61,236 nt of DNA, filler included, from 12 parts of 12 records of this genome joined end to end with filler, not necessarily neighbours in it; one strand, 5' to 3'; shown: positions 47,471-59,416, counted from the whole stretch's first letter. Notes: generated by a model not told the origin, from the sequence alone. Numbers and translations are program-made.

Positions 47471-48174
47471 ATGACAACTCCGCGCTCCCCGGAGCTCGGA
47501 GCTACGGCCGGGCTGCCGGCGCACGAGCTGGAGATTTACCACCGGGAGGGCTGGCTGGTCCCGTCCCAGCGGCTGCCGGCCGACCTGCTGGCCCGTGCCC
47601 GGGACGGGCTGGCGGCTCTGATCGCCGACAACCCGGGCACTCGGCCCGAGCGGCTGGTGAGCGCGCACATCGAGCAGCCCGGGAGCGAGGGAGTGCGGGG
47701 TCGCCGGGAGTTTTGGGAGCTGGCCACCTGCCCTGCGATTTTGGACGTTGTGCAGTCTGTGATTGGGCCGGACATCTGCCTGTGGGGCTGTCAGGTCTTT
47801 GCAAAGCCGGCCAGGACCGGGATGAAGGTGCCGTTTCACCAGGATGGGCATTATTGGCCGATCAGACCGTTGGCCACCATCACGGTCTGGGTGGCCCTGG
47901 ACGCGGTCGACCGGCAGAACGGCTGCCTTCGGGTGATCCCAAGGTCGCACGCCTCGAAGAGCCACTTGGAGCACGAAAAGTCCGACGACCCGCAGCTTGT
48001 GCTGAATCAGGCGATCACCGAGCAAGAGATGGCCAGCCTGCCCGCTCCGGTCGATATCGAGCTGGATCCGGGCCAGTTTTCGCTTCATGACGTTTACCTC
48101 GCACATGGCTCCGAGCCCAACACCTCAGACCGGCGGCGGGCAGGGGTGGCGCTGCGGTACATGCCCACAAGCTC
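47471..48174 (+). CDS. Phytanoyl-CoA dioxygenase (PhyH) family protein, intronless, 3' truncated
   Basis: FHQDGHYWP, TVWVALD...NGCLRVIPRSH, HGSEPNTSDRRR. Confidence 0.9.
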
Positions 48175-48274
48175 NNNNNNNNNNNNNNNNNNNNNNNNNN
48201 NNNNNNNNNNNNNNNNNNTTAATTAATTAANNNNNNNNNNNNNNNNNNNNNNNNNNNNNNNNNNNNNNNNNNNN

Positions 48275-49163
48275 CTCGGGTGCGGTCGATGCCTGGTGCA
48301 GGTGCGCGCCAACATGAAGGCGTTTGTCAGTTGGCTGCAGCTAAGCTGTCAGAACCTCTCGGAGGGGTTGGATGAGAATGGCCAGCCACAGTCACCGGTG
48401 AGTGCAGGATCCGGCCAGACGACTTGACTGCTGACAGGATCTGCTGCTGGTCGCCGAGTTCCTGCACCACGACTTGATGGAAGACCGGGTGCACGCGATG
48501 CTCTCAGCTGCAGACGTTGGAGTTGAGGATCTGCTGGCTGTGCTGAAAGATAAAGTGGCGCAGCTAGTCGTCAAACCCGGCGAGGCAATCTGTGCGAGCT
48601 TTACTGTCCGGGCCTCGATGCCGCTGGTGAGTGGCCCGCCGTCCGAGCTGCGCTGCCGGCTGATGCCTAACACGGTGGGTGGCCCTGGGTGCGAGTACGT
48701 GTATGGGCTTGTTTCGAGAGTGCCTTCGGTCGTGGCTGGCAACACCAAGGGCCAAGCGTGGCTGATCCGGGTGCCTCTTGGTAGCTCGGAGATGACGTTG
48801 GAGGCGCTGGCGTTGGGACTTGATGCCGACGGCAGCTTTGTCGATGGGGACTTTTACAGCGTTGATCAGCTTGGGGTGCTTTACAGCACAGGCGAGGACT
48901 CGATGGCGGTCGGAATGGCGGCGTGTGATGAGCTCGAATTTGCGTCGGTGGTTCCCTCGGCAAACCCAGTGCTGATGACAAATGTTGTGGGCGCTGAGCT
49001 TGAACTTAGCTCTGTCCACGCAGTGATGACTGGCAGCAAGCCGTTTACAACGATTCAAATGCTGGGTAGCAAGGGATTCGGCTGCGTGTTCAGGCCCTTG
49101 TCCCGTCTGATTGTGTACGATGTCGAGTATGAAGATGACGAGGATGACGAGAGTGACGAGTGA
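48275..49163 (+). CDS. ANAPC4: Anaphase-promoting complex subunit 4-like, 5' truncated
   Basis: NMKAFVSWL...DLLLVAEFL, DFYSVDQLGVL, GSKGFGCVF...IVYDVE followed by an acidic tail. Confidence 0.62.
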
Positions 49164-49432
49164 GCTGAGCAGCTGGTCTAGTGGCTACTAGTGGAAGTTC
49201 GACGGTTACCATGTGTTTTAACATATTAAGTCATTACACGTGTATTACACGTGATCATGGTCGGTGTTATAATATTTAAGTACAAGCTGGGCCTACGGAG
49301 TAACCGGTAGATGATGCCCGCACGCCCAGCGCGCGCATGCACCTCAAGAGTCCAATCAATCGGCTTTGCTCGTCAGGGTCATAGATAAAAGTCCGTTATC
49401 GCGGGCTGTACTGTACGGCGGGACGTATCAGG

Positions 49433-52400
49433 ATGCCGGTGCAGGCGTCGCTCACCAACCGGAACGAGACGGGGATCTGGTTCCGGGTGCACTACTCCGG
49501 CGGCGCGGTCGACTCTGTGATCCCGCCGCTGACCGCGCTCGCGCTCACTTTGGACCGGGGAGCCCGCCAGATCGACTGGATGCCCTGGGAAGGCACCCAG
49601 CCCGGCGCAGCGGAGGACTGGGCCCCGGTCGATCCGTCGCCCGTGCCGTTCAGCGACACGTTCGAGTTCCCGTTGCTGGTGACGCCCAAGACTGCCACCG
49701 TCACAATTGAAAACTACCTTCCGAACAACGTGGGCCGCGCACATGGCCTAGTTCCTGCAGGACGGGGGGCAGGTCTGGTTCCGCGTGGTGTACAGGTCCT
49801 CTCACGTAGACGGGCTGGTCACTGCCACCACCAGCCTCGAGTTCACCCTGCCGGCCGGTGCCATCGCCATCCAGTGGCTCGACTGGCCTGGCGACAAGCC
49901 CGGCAGCGACCACGAGTTTGTCCCCACAGCTAGCCGGAGTTTCAGCAGCGACGGCGGCGAGAAGATACAGTTCAAGCCGGATTCCACCCAGCCCGGCGCC
50001 GATGACCCACCTGCGGTGGTGGTGCCTATTCGGAATCACTTGGACAGCCCAGTCTGGTTCCGGTTTCAGTACCCGTCAGGGGCGATGGCACAGGCGGTTG
50101 TGCCCGCCAGCTCCGGGTTGCAGCTGACGATCCCGGCTGGAATGACTGGGGTCGAGTGGATCCGTTGGCACTCGGGCGAACCGGGGGAGCCGGCAGACTG
50201 GGAGGGTGCGGAGATCACCTCAGGGCCATTCGATTTGGCCAGCCAGAACTCCTTGGAGTTTGGCTCGGCGGCGGGTCAAGAGGCCTCGTTTGAGCAGCGG
50301 CATCCGCCCGGCACTGTGACTCTCCGGAAGTGCGCGCTAGTCCAGCCCTATCAGACGCTGTTGTCCTTGCCCTGACCGTGCTGCTAGCCGGTAGTCTGAC
50401 TGGTGGTTGCAGTTACTTCCCAGATCAGCACGTTTGGCTCCGGATCCGGTACGATGGCGGCGCGGCGGTCGAGCATGTGCTCACACCTCAGGCGTTTGTT
50501 GATTTGTCTGTCCCGACAGACGCCCAGACACTCGAGTGGAAACTGTGGCGCTCGAGCTCGCCCGGTAGGGAGCAGGACTTCGCTGATGCCGAGCGGTTGG
50601 CGTTTAAGGCCAGAGACGGCGACAGCTTCACTTTTGATTCGCCTAAGGAGATCGCGATCCCGACAGCGGTGCCCGAGGAGCTGCATTATGGCCAAGTGCG
50701 GGGGGCATTCGAGTCGCCTGACCTGCCTCACGAGTTCCACGAATTTGTTCAAGAGTTACGAGACAGTGGGAAGAAGTTTGTGGACCCAGGGTTTGAGCTA
50801 TTGCACACAAGCAGCGACCAGTCGGTGCCTGCAGGCCGGTGCGAGGCCCGAGGTGGAGGATGTTAGGTGGAGTGGCGGCGTCCAAGCCAGTGTGAGCCTC
50901 ACTCTGTGCTGTTCCTGCCGGAAGGACCCAAGGCTAGCAATGTGATGCAGGGGATGCTCGGTCTGGGCCACGGGCCGCCCGGCATGGAGCAATGGCAGGC
51001 GATTGCTGGTTCATTTCGGCAATGGTCATCTGTGCCACTTGTCAAGGTGGGCAGGGATGAGGCTAGACTGAGCTGAGGCTGTGTGTGCTCAGGGGGTACC
51101 TGCCCGGAGGCGCGCAGCCACGTAGAGGAGCTGTTTGAGGGCTCGGACCTGGATCTCGGGCTGGTCGTAGGTGTCGCCGCCTGGGTGCGAGCAATTTGAG
51201 TTCAGCCAACAGTTAAATTCCACAAGTACGGAAAGTCGGTGTTTGTGATGATCGATGATCGACTGCCGGTCCTGAACGGGCGCACGCCGATCTATGCATC
51301 AAATAAGTGCGCAGAGGCAGCGTGTTGGTGTGAGGCCGGACAGGGACCCAAATGTCTGGTGGTGTCCTCTCTGGGAGAAGGTGATGCAATAGGCGTGGAG
51401 TGGCTCGTTAGAGCTGCTGGCTGCTGCAGGCCTACGCAAAGCTGATGGGAGGCTACGCCAATCTCAACGGCGGATCGATCGAGTATGCTCTCGCAGACAT
51501 CACAGGTCGGCGTCTCTGATTGGCCTCCTTTGGCGGTGTTGCAGCTTCTGAGCCTGATGGGCCAAGGTGCTCCGCCGTCCGTGACGCTAATGCAAGACCT
51601 CGACCTAGGAGATTTATCACAGTCGTCTGGCGGTGCAAAGGACCTGGTCAACTCCCTCGATGGCGAGCTGCGCGATTCTGGAGACAGCAAGAAGATTGTA
51701 CGCGCCATGTTCTTGAAGGTATTAAGTGCATTGTGCCAACCACGGCTGAGCTAGCCCTGGCTGCAGTACAAAGAGTCCAATGACAAGATAGGCGTGAAAG
51801 AGTTGACTGGTGTTGCTGCCATAACTGACGATGGCCGCGAAACAGACTTGGGCAAAGGCATATTGGGCGGTCATGCTTATGCGCTACAGGAGAGATACGA
51901 TACTGGTGACGAGATATTATGCAAAATACGGAACCCGTGGGGGAACTACGGCTGGCGAGGCGATTGGGCAGACAACAGCGGGCGCTGGACTGCAGAGATG
52001 CAAGCGAAGGTGGGCTACACGCCAGGTGATGGGCACCCGTTCAGGGGATTGAGGCATTCAGTGTAGGAGATGGCGGTGACTTTTGGATTAGCATGCTGGA
52101 CTTACACGCCTCCTTCACGCACAGGCGCTTGATTGTATTATGCGAAGCTGAGGCTGGCTCAGGTACAGTGTCACCTTGTGGCCCAAGGGTTACGAGCGGG
52201 AGAGTTGCATCAGCTGTTGGACTGAGCAGAGCGCCGGAGGCACCAAGGGAGACAAATGGGGCACTAACCCGCAATTCCAGTTCACGGTGGCCTCTGTTCC
52301 GTTCCATGGAGAGATCATTCTGTCTCAAGCGGACCTGGCCATGCAAGGCCATAAGAGCGATTTCCTAACAATCGGGTTCACTGTTTGGAAAGCTCCAGCT

Positions 52401-52786
52401 CACGGTGGTCCTATAGACAAGCCTTATCAAAAGCTGCAAACTGGGATTCAGAGCGTCTTTACCAACGCGCGGGACGTCAGCTGCCTGCTGATCGAATTTG
52501 GAGGCGAAGCCAACCCGATGGAGCCCGGGGACTATATCATTGTACGCCACCAGAGCTGGCCTTGGGCGCTTATTCCGGCCTGCAGGTACCGAGCACTTTC
52601 GAACCTGGCTACCAGGGTAAATTTTGCATCAGCCTAGTCAGCCACTGCTGTGTGAATTTTCATCAGATTCAAGGCGATAAAGTCTGTCCGGGGCACAAAT
52701 CTGTCCTGGAACTTAGGACAGAGAGGATGCTGAATCAGGATCTCAAGAGGCTTGCCGTTGAACGGAATGCGGGAGGATTGGTCTAG
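49433..52786 (+). CDS. Calpain (CysPc + domain III) with four tandem N-terminal repeats, many introns
   Basis: QGMLGDCWFISAM (Cys), IDDRLP, LWEKAYAKLMGGY, GHAYAL (His), IRNPWG (Asn), SAGG...TNPQF, VPSTFEPG; last exon uncertain. Confidence 0.9.
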
Positions 52787-53516
52787 ACCCCACGATTATA
52801 CCGTGAATATTCACGCCCCGGGTCTACATGCCGCATCAATTAGCTTTGCAGTCCTCTAACCACGTAACCAGACGAACCGATGTGATAATTATGTGATAAT
52901 CAACTAAAACCATACAATTATAACTAAAGGACTCGTACTGGGTATACTCTAACGATAAAATCATTAGTCTACACGGTCTACATCAGCTCTACATTAATTA
53001 TAACCCCCATCTGGCATCCCCCCGGCCGGCAGTCCCCTCAGTGGTCAACAGGGCTAGCGCTGCCGCCGGTACGTAGGGCCGGCTCGTCGGCGCGGCATAG
53101 AGGAGCGGCACGATCAAGGACGAGTTCACGCTTTGACGGCAGCCTGGCCTTTCTCCGAGGCAGCCCGAGCGTCTTCCGAACAGCCGGAGTTCCGCCCAGC
53201 TTCCGAATAAGTCGACTAATTAAGTCGTATACATTACATGCATGCACATCATTCAATACATTAGCAATACATCAATGAATTGGGGGAAACAGTTCAATCA
53301 ACTACTTAATTCGCATACCGTACGTCTACCGTACGTCTGAGCTCGAGGGCTAGGGCGCGCGTCAATTGATCACTCGACTTCCATCCCATCTGGTTGCTTG
53401 CCACCATACCAAGCCCNNNNNNNNNNNNNNNNNNNNNNNNNNNNNNNNNNNNNNNNNNNNTTAATTAATTAANNNNNNNNNNNNNNNNNNNNNNNNNNNN
53501 NNNNNNNNNNNNNNNN

Positions 53517-54759
53517 CCGACCCCGGCAGCCCCACAAGCACCACCATCTGCTGGCCCGACGAGCCGGCTTCTCGCTGCTCAGCCTCTGCACATCCACTCT
53601 CAGCCGACGCAGCCAGCGCTTCAGTGGAGCCGACACAGTTGCTCAGATTGGTTGGCGGATGCCGGAGCCTCCGTGCTGCGAGGCGCGCCTGCATCTGCAC
53701 GGCCTCCGTGTGCTGCTGCAGTCCGAACGCCACCATGCCTACCTCGCTCACCTGCTCGCCAAACCCAGCTGCCACTAGATTCCGCCAGCAAGCGGCCGCC
53801 CTGTTCTCCGCTCGGGCGGGGTGCATCACGCGGGCTCGGAAGAATCGGATGGGCACTCCGATCCGGTTGCGGGTGGAGGTGTTGGGTGTGGAGCCGTGCA
53901 CTACACGTTGGTCCCAGATCAGCAGCGAGCCCTCGCGCATGGTCACTCGGACCGCCTGCTGGTGTAGAGCTGAGTTCTGGGGTATTTTGTACTGCATCGA
54001 GCCCTCCACCCGCTGGGACTCGTCGAGCGAGGTCTCCGCCCAGGTCTCAAACTGACGGTGGAACCCGGGCACCACGATCGTGCCGCCGCCACAGCCTTGG
54101 TCCAAGTCATAGTTGTCCTTCAGATTAAGGATCCCCTGCACGCACAGCCCCATCCCGCACGCAATGTCGTTGTTCTCCTTGACAAATGCGCGTGGGCCAC
54201 TCCCATAGTCCAGCTCAGCCAGCCTGCGGTACACTTCCGGCTCGTCGCTGGCAAACTCCCACGGATTGAGGTCCAGGTGCAGGTTCCGCTCGGTCCGCCA
54301 ACCCGGCATGTCCCTCGGCAGCCCGGACCCCGGGTCCTGCACCGCCCTGGTCTTGCGGTACAGCAGCCACCGGTCGTGGCTGCACAGTATATCCTCCTCC
54401 CCGAGGACCTGGCTGAAGCACCTGTGCACCTCGGGGTCCTGGCGCAGCTGCAGCATCCCCGCCCGCCAGACCACTCCGCCGTCCTTGGGCATACCAAACC
54501 GGCTGAGCTTGGCCGAGGCCCAGCTGCGCTCGTCCTGCCTGGACAGCTCGGGGGTCTGCTCCTCCAGCGAGTCCCAGATCTCCCGCCGGGCCGCCCGGCA
54601 CTTGTCGGGCGAGACCACCGCGCGGTACACCACGAACCCGTGCTCCTGAAAGAATGCGAGCGCCGCCGGGTCGGCGGATAGGAAGCTCGGTGTGTACCGG
54701 CAGTCCTCCTCCTCGTCCACCCTGGCCGCCTCTCGCTCCTGCGGCTCGCAGGCATGCAT
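53517..54759 (-). CDS. PhyH-like dioxygenase followed by the start of a P-loop domain, 3' truncated
   Basis: FFQEHGFVV, NLHLDLNPW, VQGILNL...GGTIVVPGFH, IWDQRVVHGS; MVVLVGLPGS at the contig edge. Confidence 0.8.
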
Positions 54760-54915
54760 GTTCCTTTTACCGGTTCCGAGAGATGAACCGAGTAATAACG
54801 GATTGAGTGGCCCAGGCTCTGGCAGTGGTGAGGCGTTCTCTCTGCAGAGGTGAGCGCTGTCCAGCGTCGCACACGGCTCGGCCAAGCCCGACCAGCCACG
54901 CAGGTCGGAAGGACG

Positions 54916-56291
54916 ATGATGAGTTTTCCCGGCCGAGCCCGGCTTCCGACCTCGCTGGTCGGCCTGGCTCAGACGGTGGACCAGGAGCGCAGAGACCGGG
55001 TCGAGCGTATCGAGGAGCAAGAGCTCCCCCCACACCCGTCGAACGTGGCTATTGCCCTGGAGGCGTTTTCTGTCGAGCTGGCGGACAAGGGCCTGCAGCC
55101 CGCGCTTCCCAATTGGCGGTGGTGTGAAGCGGTGCGCGGCTTCGTGGCGGATTATAGCGACGCGCGGTCCGAGCAGAAGCCCCTCGACAGGCAAGCCTGG
55201 CGCCTGATGCTGGTCGCGCGATACGCCTACAATCTTGTAAGCGCAGATCTGCCCCGTTTCCTGGCAGCGTGACGCCGCGAGCAGGTGCGAGAGGGCACTA
55301 TCAGCACCAAGCGCGAGTTCTACTACCAGAACACTCGTTTTTTCAAAAGCCAGACCCATGCCAATGAAGCGATCGAGGAGCTCTGCCTGCGGCTGAACCT
55401 GCCCCGCCGCAGACTCAACTTGGTCGCATCCACGGGCGGAGGACTGTGCGTAAACCTGACAGAACGGAACAGCGTCCAGACATTGGATGCTAGTGTGTTT
55501 CAGGTCCGATCATTTCCGGCCCATGTCTCTTTCATCCTGCTTGTCGAGTCAGAGGCAATTTTCCAATCGCTGGTTCCCCGATCCTGCAGAAGCCCGTGCC
55601 AACTAAGAGCTGGCCGTAGGTTTCAGACAACCTGCACACCCGCTTGCGCTGCATCATCATCACCGGCAAGGGGCAGCCAGATCAGCTCACCGCCGCGTTC
55701 GTTGCCCACCTTGCTAATCTGGGTATGACGATTCGACTCCGGCATGATGATTCGTTCAGGGAAAGACATCCCAGTTCTCTGTCTGGTGGATTACGATGCG
55801 TACGGGGCGCTCATACTGTGCAGCTACACGTTGGGGCCTCTGAACAGCCACCGCCAAGGTCTCCAGGGGCACACAGTAGATTTCTGAGTAAGAGTCTGCA
55901 GGCTCTCTTGATCGAGCAGTGCCCAGCATCCGATGGCTCGGGATTCTCAGGCGCCACAGCAGATCGGCGAAAGACTGAGCTGAGACGCGGGCTGGGCAGT
56001 TCTGACCTGACGGAGTTCCGGCCAGTGCAAACTGCATCGGTAGTCTGTTCTGATGGAGATCGCGTCAAGATTCAGGGATTGTTGGACAACGAGGCTCTGG
56101 ACAGCAAGCCTGAATGGAAGGAAGAGCTGAAGCAAATTCTGGAGACAGGCACCAAGTGCGAGATGGAGGAGTTGGCTGATCAGGTGGGTCTGACTTTCTG
56201 ATTCTGTCGCGAAATGAACGGTGCACAGGACCCTACCTTTTTTAGCTCAGTTTACCTCCCTCGCAAGATCGCTGCTGGCTCTTGGATTTGA
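54916..56291 (+). CDS. SPO11: SPO11 / topoisomerase VI subunit A family, 6 predicted introns
   Basis: STKREFYYQ (catalytic Tyr), ILLVESEAIFQSL, IITGKGQPD, LVDYDAYG (DxD), RWLGI, K.EME, YLPRKI; start approximate. Confidence 0.88.
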
Positions 56292-56549
56292 ACCCCAACT
56301 ATTATCTCGATCGACAACGCGTCAATCAACCAGAGGATAGCACCCAAATAGTACGCATGCTTCACTGAGCGGTCTCGCTCCAGCATAGCACGACCGACTG
56401 ATACGTAGTCGAGATGCAGAATGCCCGCAGTTCAACCTAAAAGGTACGTACACTGCAGGAATCTTTACGATCTCTCTCACACCATGTCGATGCGTCCACG
56501 TACATGTAGCGTCCACAGTCAAGTGAAATCAAAGCAACATCAAAGTTGG

Positions 56550-56637
56550 CATTCAACTATACATAGTACATTCATAGTACATTCAGCTATGTACACAGGC
56601 TGACATTTAGTACATTCAACTATACATAGTACATTCA
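56550..56637. repeat. 25-bp direct repeat with a nested 11-bp tandem duplication
   Basis: CATTCAACTATACATAGTACATTCA at 56550-56574 and 56613-56637; CATAGTACATT x2 at 56562-56583. Confidence 0.9.
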
Positions 56638-56695
56638 GATTTAAATGGTAAGCTTATCATCTGAGCCATCGCGATTGCGCAAGATTTCGATCGTT

Positions 56696-58349
56696 TTACC
56701 ACAAGGAGCACGCCCTCGCGCAAATCGGGACTTGCTGCGAGCCGCCTATGAGATCCACCTCGGCCGCGTTGTCTAGGCTCGACTCTTGCATCAGCTCTTC
56801 TTGCAGCGTGTGCCGGTCTGCCCCTCGGTGAGCGCTGGCCCGCGGGGCGCAACTGACTCGCGTCGGACCGGCCCCTTAGCACCAGGTCCTGCCTCAGATG
56901 CACCACCACCCGCCGCTCCATCGGCACCGCTCGCATCGCGCTGACCACAACGTCTATCCCCACCTGCGCCCAGTCCCGATAGCGCCTGCCGTTGGGCACC
57001 ATGTCCAACAGCAGCAACGAGCCTACCCGCGACAGCGCAGCAGCCAGGCTCATCGCGCCCGTGTCTGAGAATATGTTGTCAGTCACATCCAAAGCCTGCA
57101 GCTTGCACTGGCGCGTCATCCCGTCCCCAATCGCGCACACGCCGCCGTCTCCTATCCCGCAGCTGCCAGCAGTCAGCGCAGGCACGTCGAGCCTCGCACC
57201 GAGCAAGTGAGACCGACCGAAGCACTTGATTCATGCTAAGCGACTGAGCCAGCGCCTGGGCGCCCGCGTCGCCAATGTCGTTGTCCCGGAGGTCCAGCAC
57301 TGAGAGCATGCAGCACGGTCGGGAGAGCATCCGCCCGATTGCGCGGCAGCCCTGCCCGCCGTCTCCCGCTTGCTATTAATTGTTAATAATAGCAGGTAAC
57401 ACACCGTGGGCCCAAAGCTGTTGGCGGAGAGATCGGCCTCTGCCAGCATCGACAGCCCGCCCCAGGTGCTGTGGTCGAGCGCGGCGCACCCGGCGTCTCC
57501 GAGCATAGTATCCCTCAGAGCCAGAATCGAGACCACCCTGTTGACGAGCAACCCCTTGAGCAGCCGCGCCAGAGCTCGATCACCCAGCCGGTTCCCGCTC
57601 AGATCCCACTCCTCGATCCGTTGATTATACTGGCTCGGGCTCAGCCCTTGCCCGGCCCGACGCACACCTTAAATGCCGGGGCCAGAGCGGCTGCGCCCTC
57701 TGGACCGATCTTGTTATTGCACAGCACGCAGTGCCGTAAGGTTGGGCTCAACTCGATTGCTGGCCCCGCCTCCTCACCGCCGGCCGGCCGCGGCACCGGA
57801 GCTCAGACTGGCCGCTCCCCGGTCCCCGATCAGATTGTTGCGCAGATCGAGGGTTTCCACCCGAGCCTCCGATAGCAGCAACTCGGCTACGGGCCCGCAC
57901 CCGTCATCCCCCACCCCGTGCCCGCCTGCCCAGCCAGTCCAGCCCAGACCTGGGGCCGGCACCGAGATCCAGCTTCCGGATCGGCTGGCCGAGCACCAGG
58001 TCCGCAGCCAGCAGCCGCCTGAGCAGCGCTGCCGTGTCCCCGGCCCCGGACGGCGGTGTGCTGGGTGGGCTGGGCGATCTGGCCGGGGCCACTGGCCCGG
58101 GCTCCTCATCGGGGCCCCAGATCTGGGCCAGCTCGTCCGAGGCCGACACCGAGCTGGCCTAGGCTCACCCCAGCCCACCCCGCCGCCCCACCAGGAGGGC
58201 CCGACGTCGGCAACCTGCAACGCCGCCCACCCGTCCGGCGAGGCCCCCCGAGGCGGCGCCGCTCGGGCCGGCTGCTCCGCCGGCGCGGCCGGCTTGCCCG
58301 GCTCCCACGCCTCCCGCCGAGCGGCCCGGCGCTGCTCAGCGGTGCTCAT
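56696..58349 (-). CDS. Leucine-rich repeat protein (RI-like), spliced, 3' end uncertain
   Basis: LDLRNNLIGDRGAASL, WDLSGNRLGD, LDLRDNDIGDAGAQALA, CGIGDGG. Confidence 0.8.
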
Positions 58350-58406
58350 AGCACGATTGGGGCTCCAACCGCGCCAAGCTCGCGGCCGGCCGTTGCGTCA
58401 GCGAGC

Positions 58407-59416
58407 ATGCCCGCCTACCCAGAGTTGTCGCCCACCAAGCTGGGCCTGTCTCCGGCGCGCGAGCCGTTGCCGTCGGAGGCGACGCCCGGGCTCGAGCTGG
58501 AGGGGGTGGAGAGGGTGCCCGACGACCCGATGAGCTCGGGCTGGGTGGCCAAGCCATGGTTTTCGGGCGGGACGAGCAAGGCGGTGCGCGACCCAGTCTG
58601 CGCCACCTACGCGATCAAGCAGCAGAGCATCCCGGCCAGCAGCCCGATCGCCGCAGCGGACGACCGCTCCCGTCGGCTCAAGGCCACCTGGGGCATCGTC
58701 GATACCCAAAAGGCCCCCGAGGCCCCCGGGGCGCGGAGCGAGCGGGTCGGGCAGGTGATTGAAGAGTTCGCGGACGACAAGCTGTCGGCCGGGTTCCTGC
58801 GCCGGGAGCCGCGCTACCAGCCCACCTCCCGGTGGAGCGTACGTTCCAACGGGCAGGCCTGGCGCCCCGGGTCGCACTGGGGAGCCCCGCCGGTTGAGGG
58901 TGCCGAGACGCTCCCAGCTCGGCAGTGCGGCGGCCCGAGCCTGCGGGCGGCTGATCTGGACGGCAGGGAGGGCCAGCCGGTGGAGCCGCAGGTTCGTTAC
59001 GTGGTGGACTATTCGGGCCGGCGTGCGGTGGTGGACGCCAGAAGGGCAGTCGAGGCGAAAGCTCTCTCGCTCGGGATCCCAGTGGGCTCGGGCCCGCTCC
59101 CGGGGCTCACTGCGGCACAGGTGCCCGCGGATGTCTGGAGCGTGGGCCGAGGCCAGTACAAGGACCTCGGTTTTGATTCGCAGAACCTGGCGGACCGGTG
59201 AGACCGAGGGCGAGCCGAGCCCGAGCCCGGGGCAGGCCGGGCAGCCGGCACACGCCGGAGGTGATTTACAAGTTTGACAGCCAAGGGCGTCGCCAGATGC
59301 CGTCCAGGTTTGACAAAAAAGGAGGGTCGATACAGTGGGTTCAGCCGAGGGCGGGCCCGCCTGCAGACGGCGTTCGCCAAATGTTCCAAGATTCGGGCAA
59401 ATACAGCCTCCCGTGA
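58407..59416 (+). CDS. Hypothetical protein, 1 predicted intron
   Basis: ATG at 58407, long open frame to 59201, then gtgaga...gcag splice to the final exon. Confidence 0.55.

Noticed and set aside
46479-48174. Bacterial contaminant or operon (RmlD + PhyH)
   Set aside because: The genes are divergent, share the same TAACGG-type spacer as host genes, and sit on a contig with a spliced gene
50330-50412. Micro-exon inside the unusually long (83-nt) calpain intron
   Set aside because: A single intron already restores the repeat consensus LRNYF; the alternative needs a 22-nt intron, below the observed range
53038-53256. GC-rich island as an ncRNA or small gene
   Set aside because: No recognisable RNA motif or protein similarity; insufficient support
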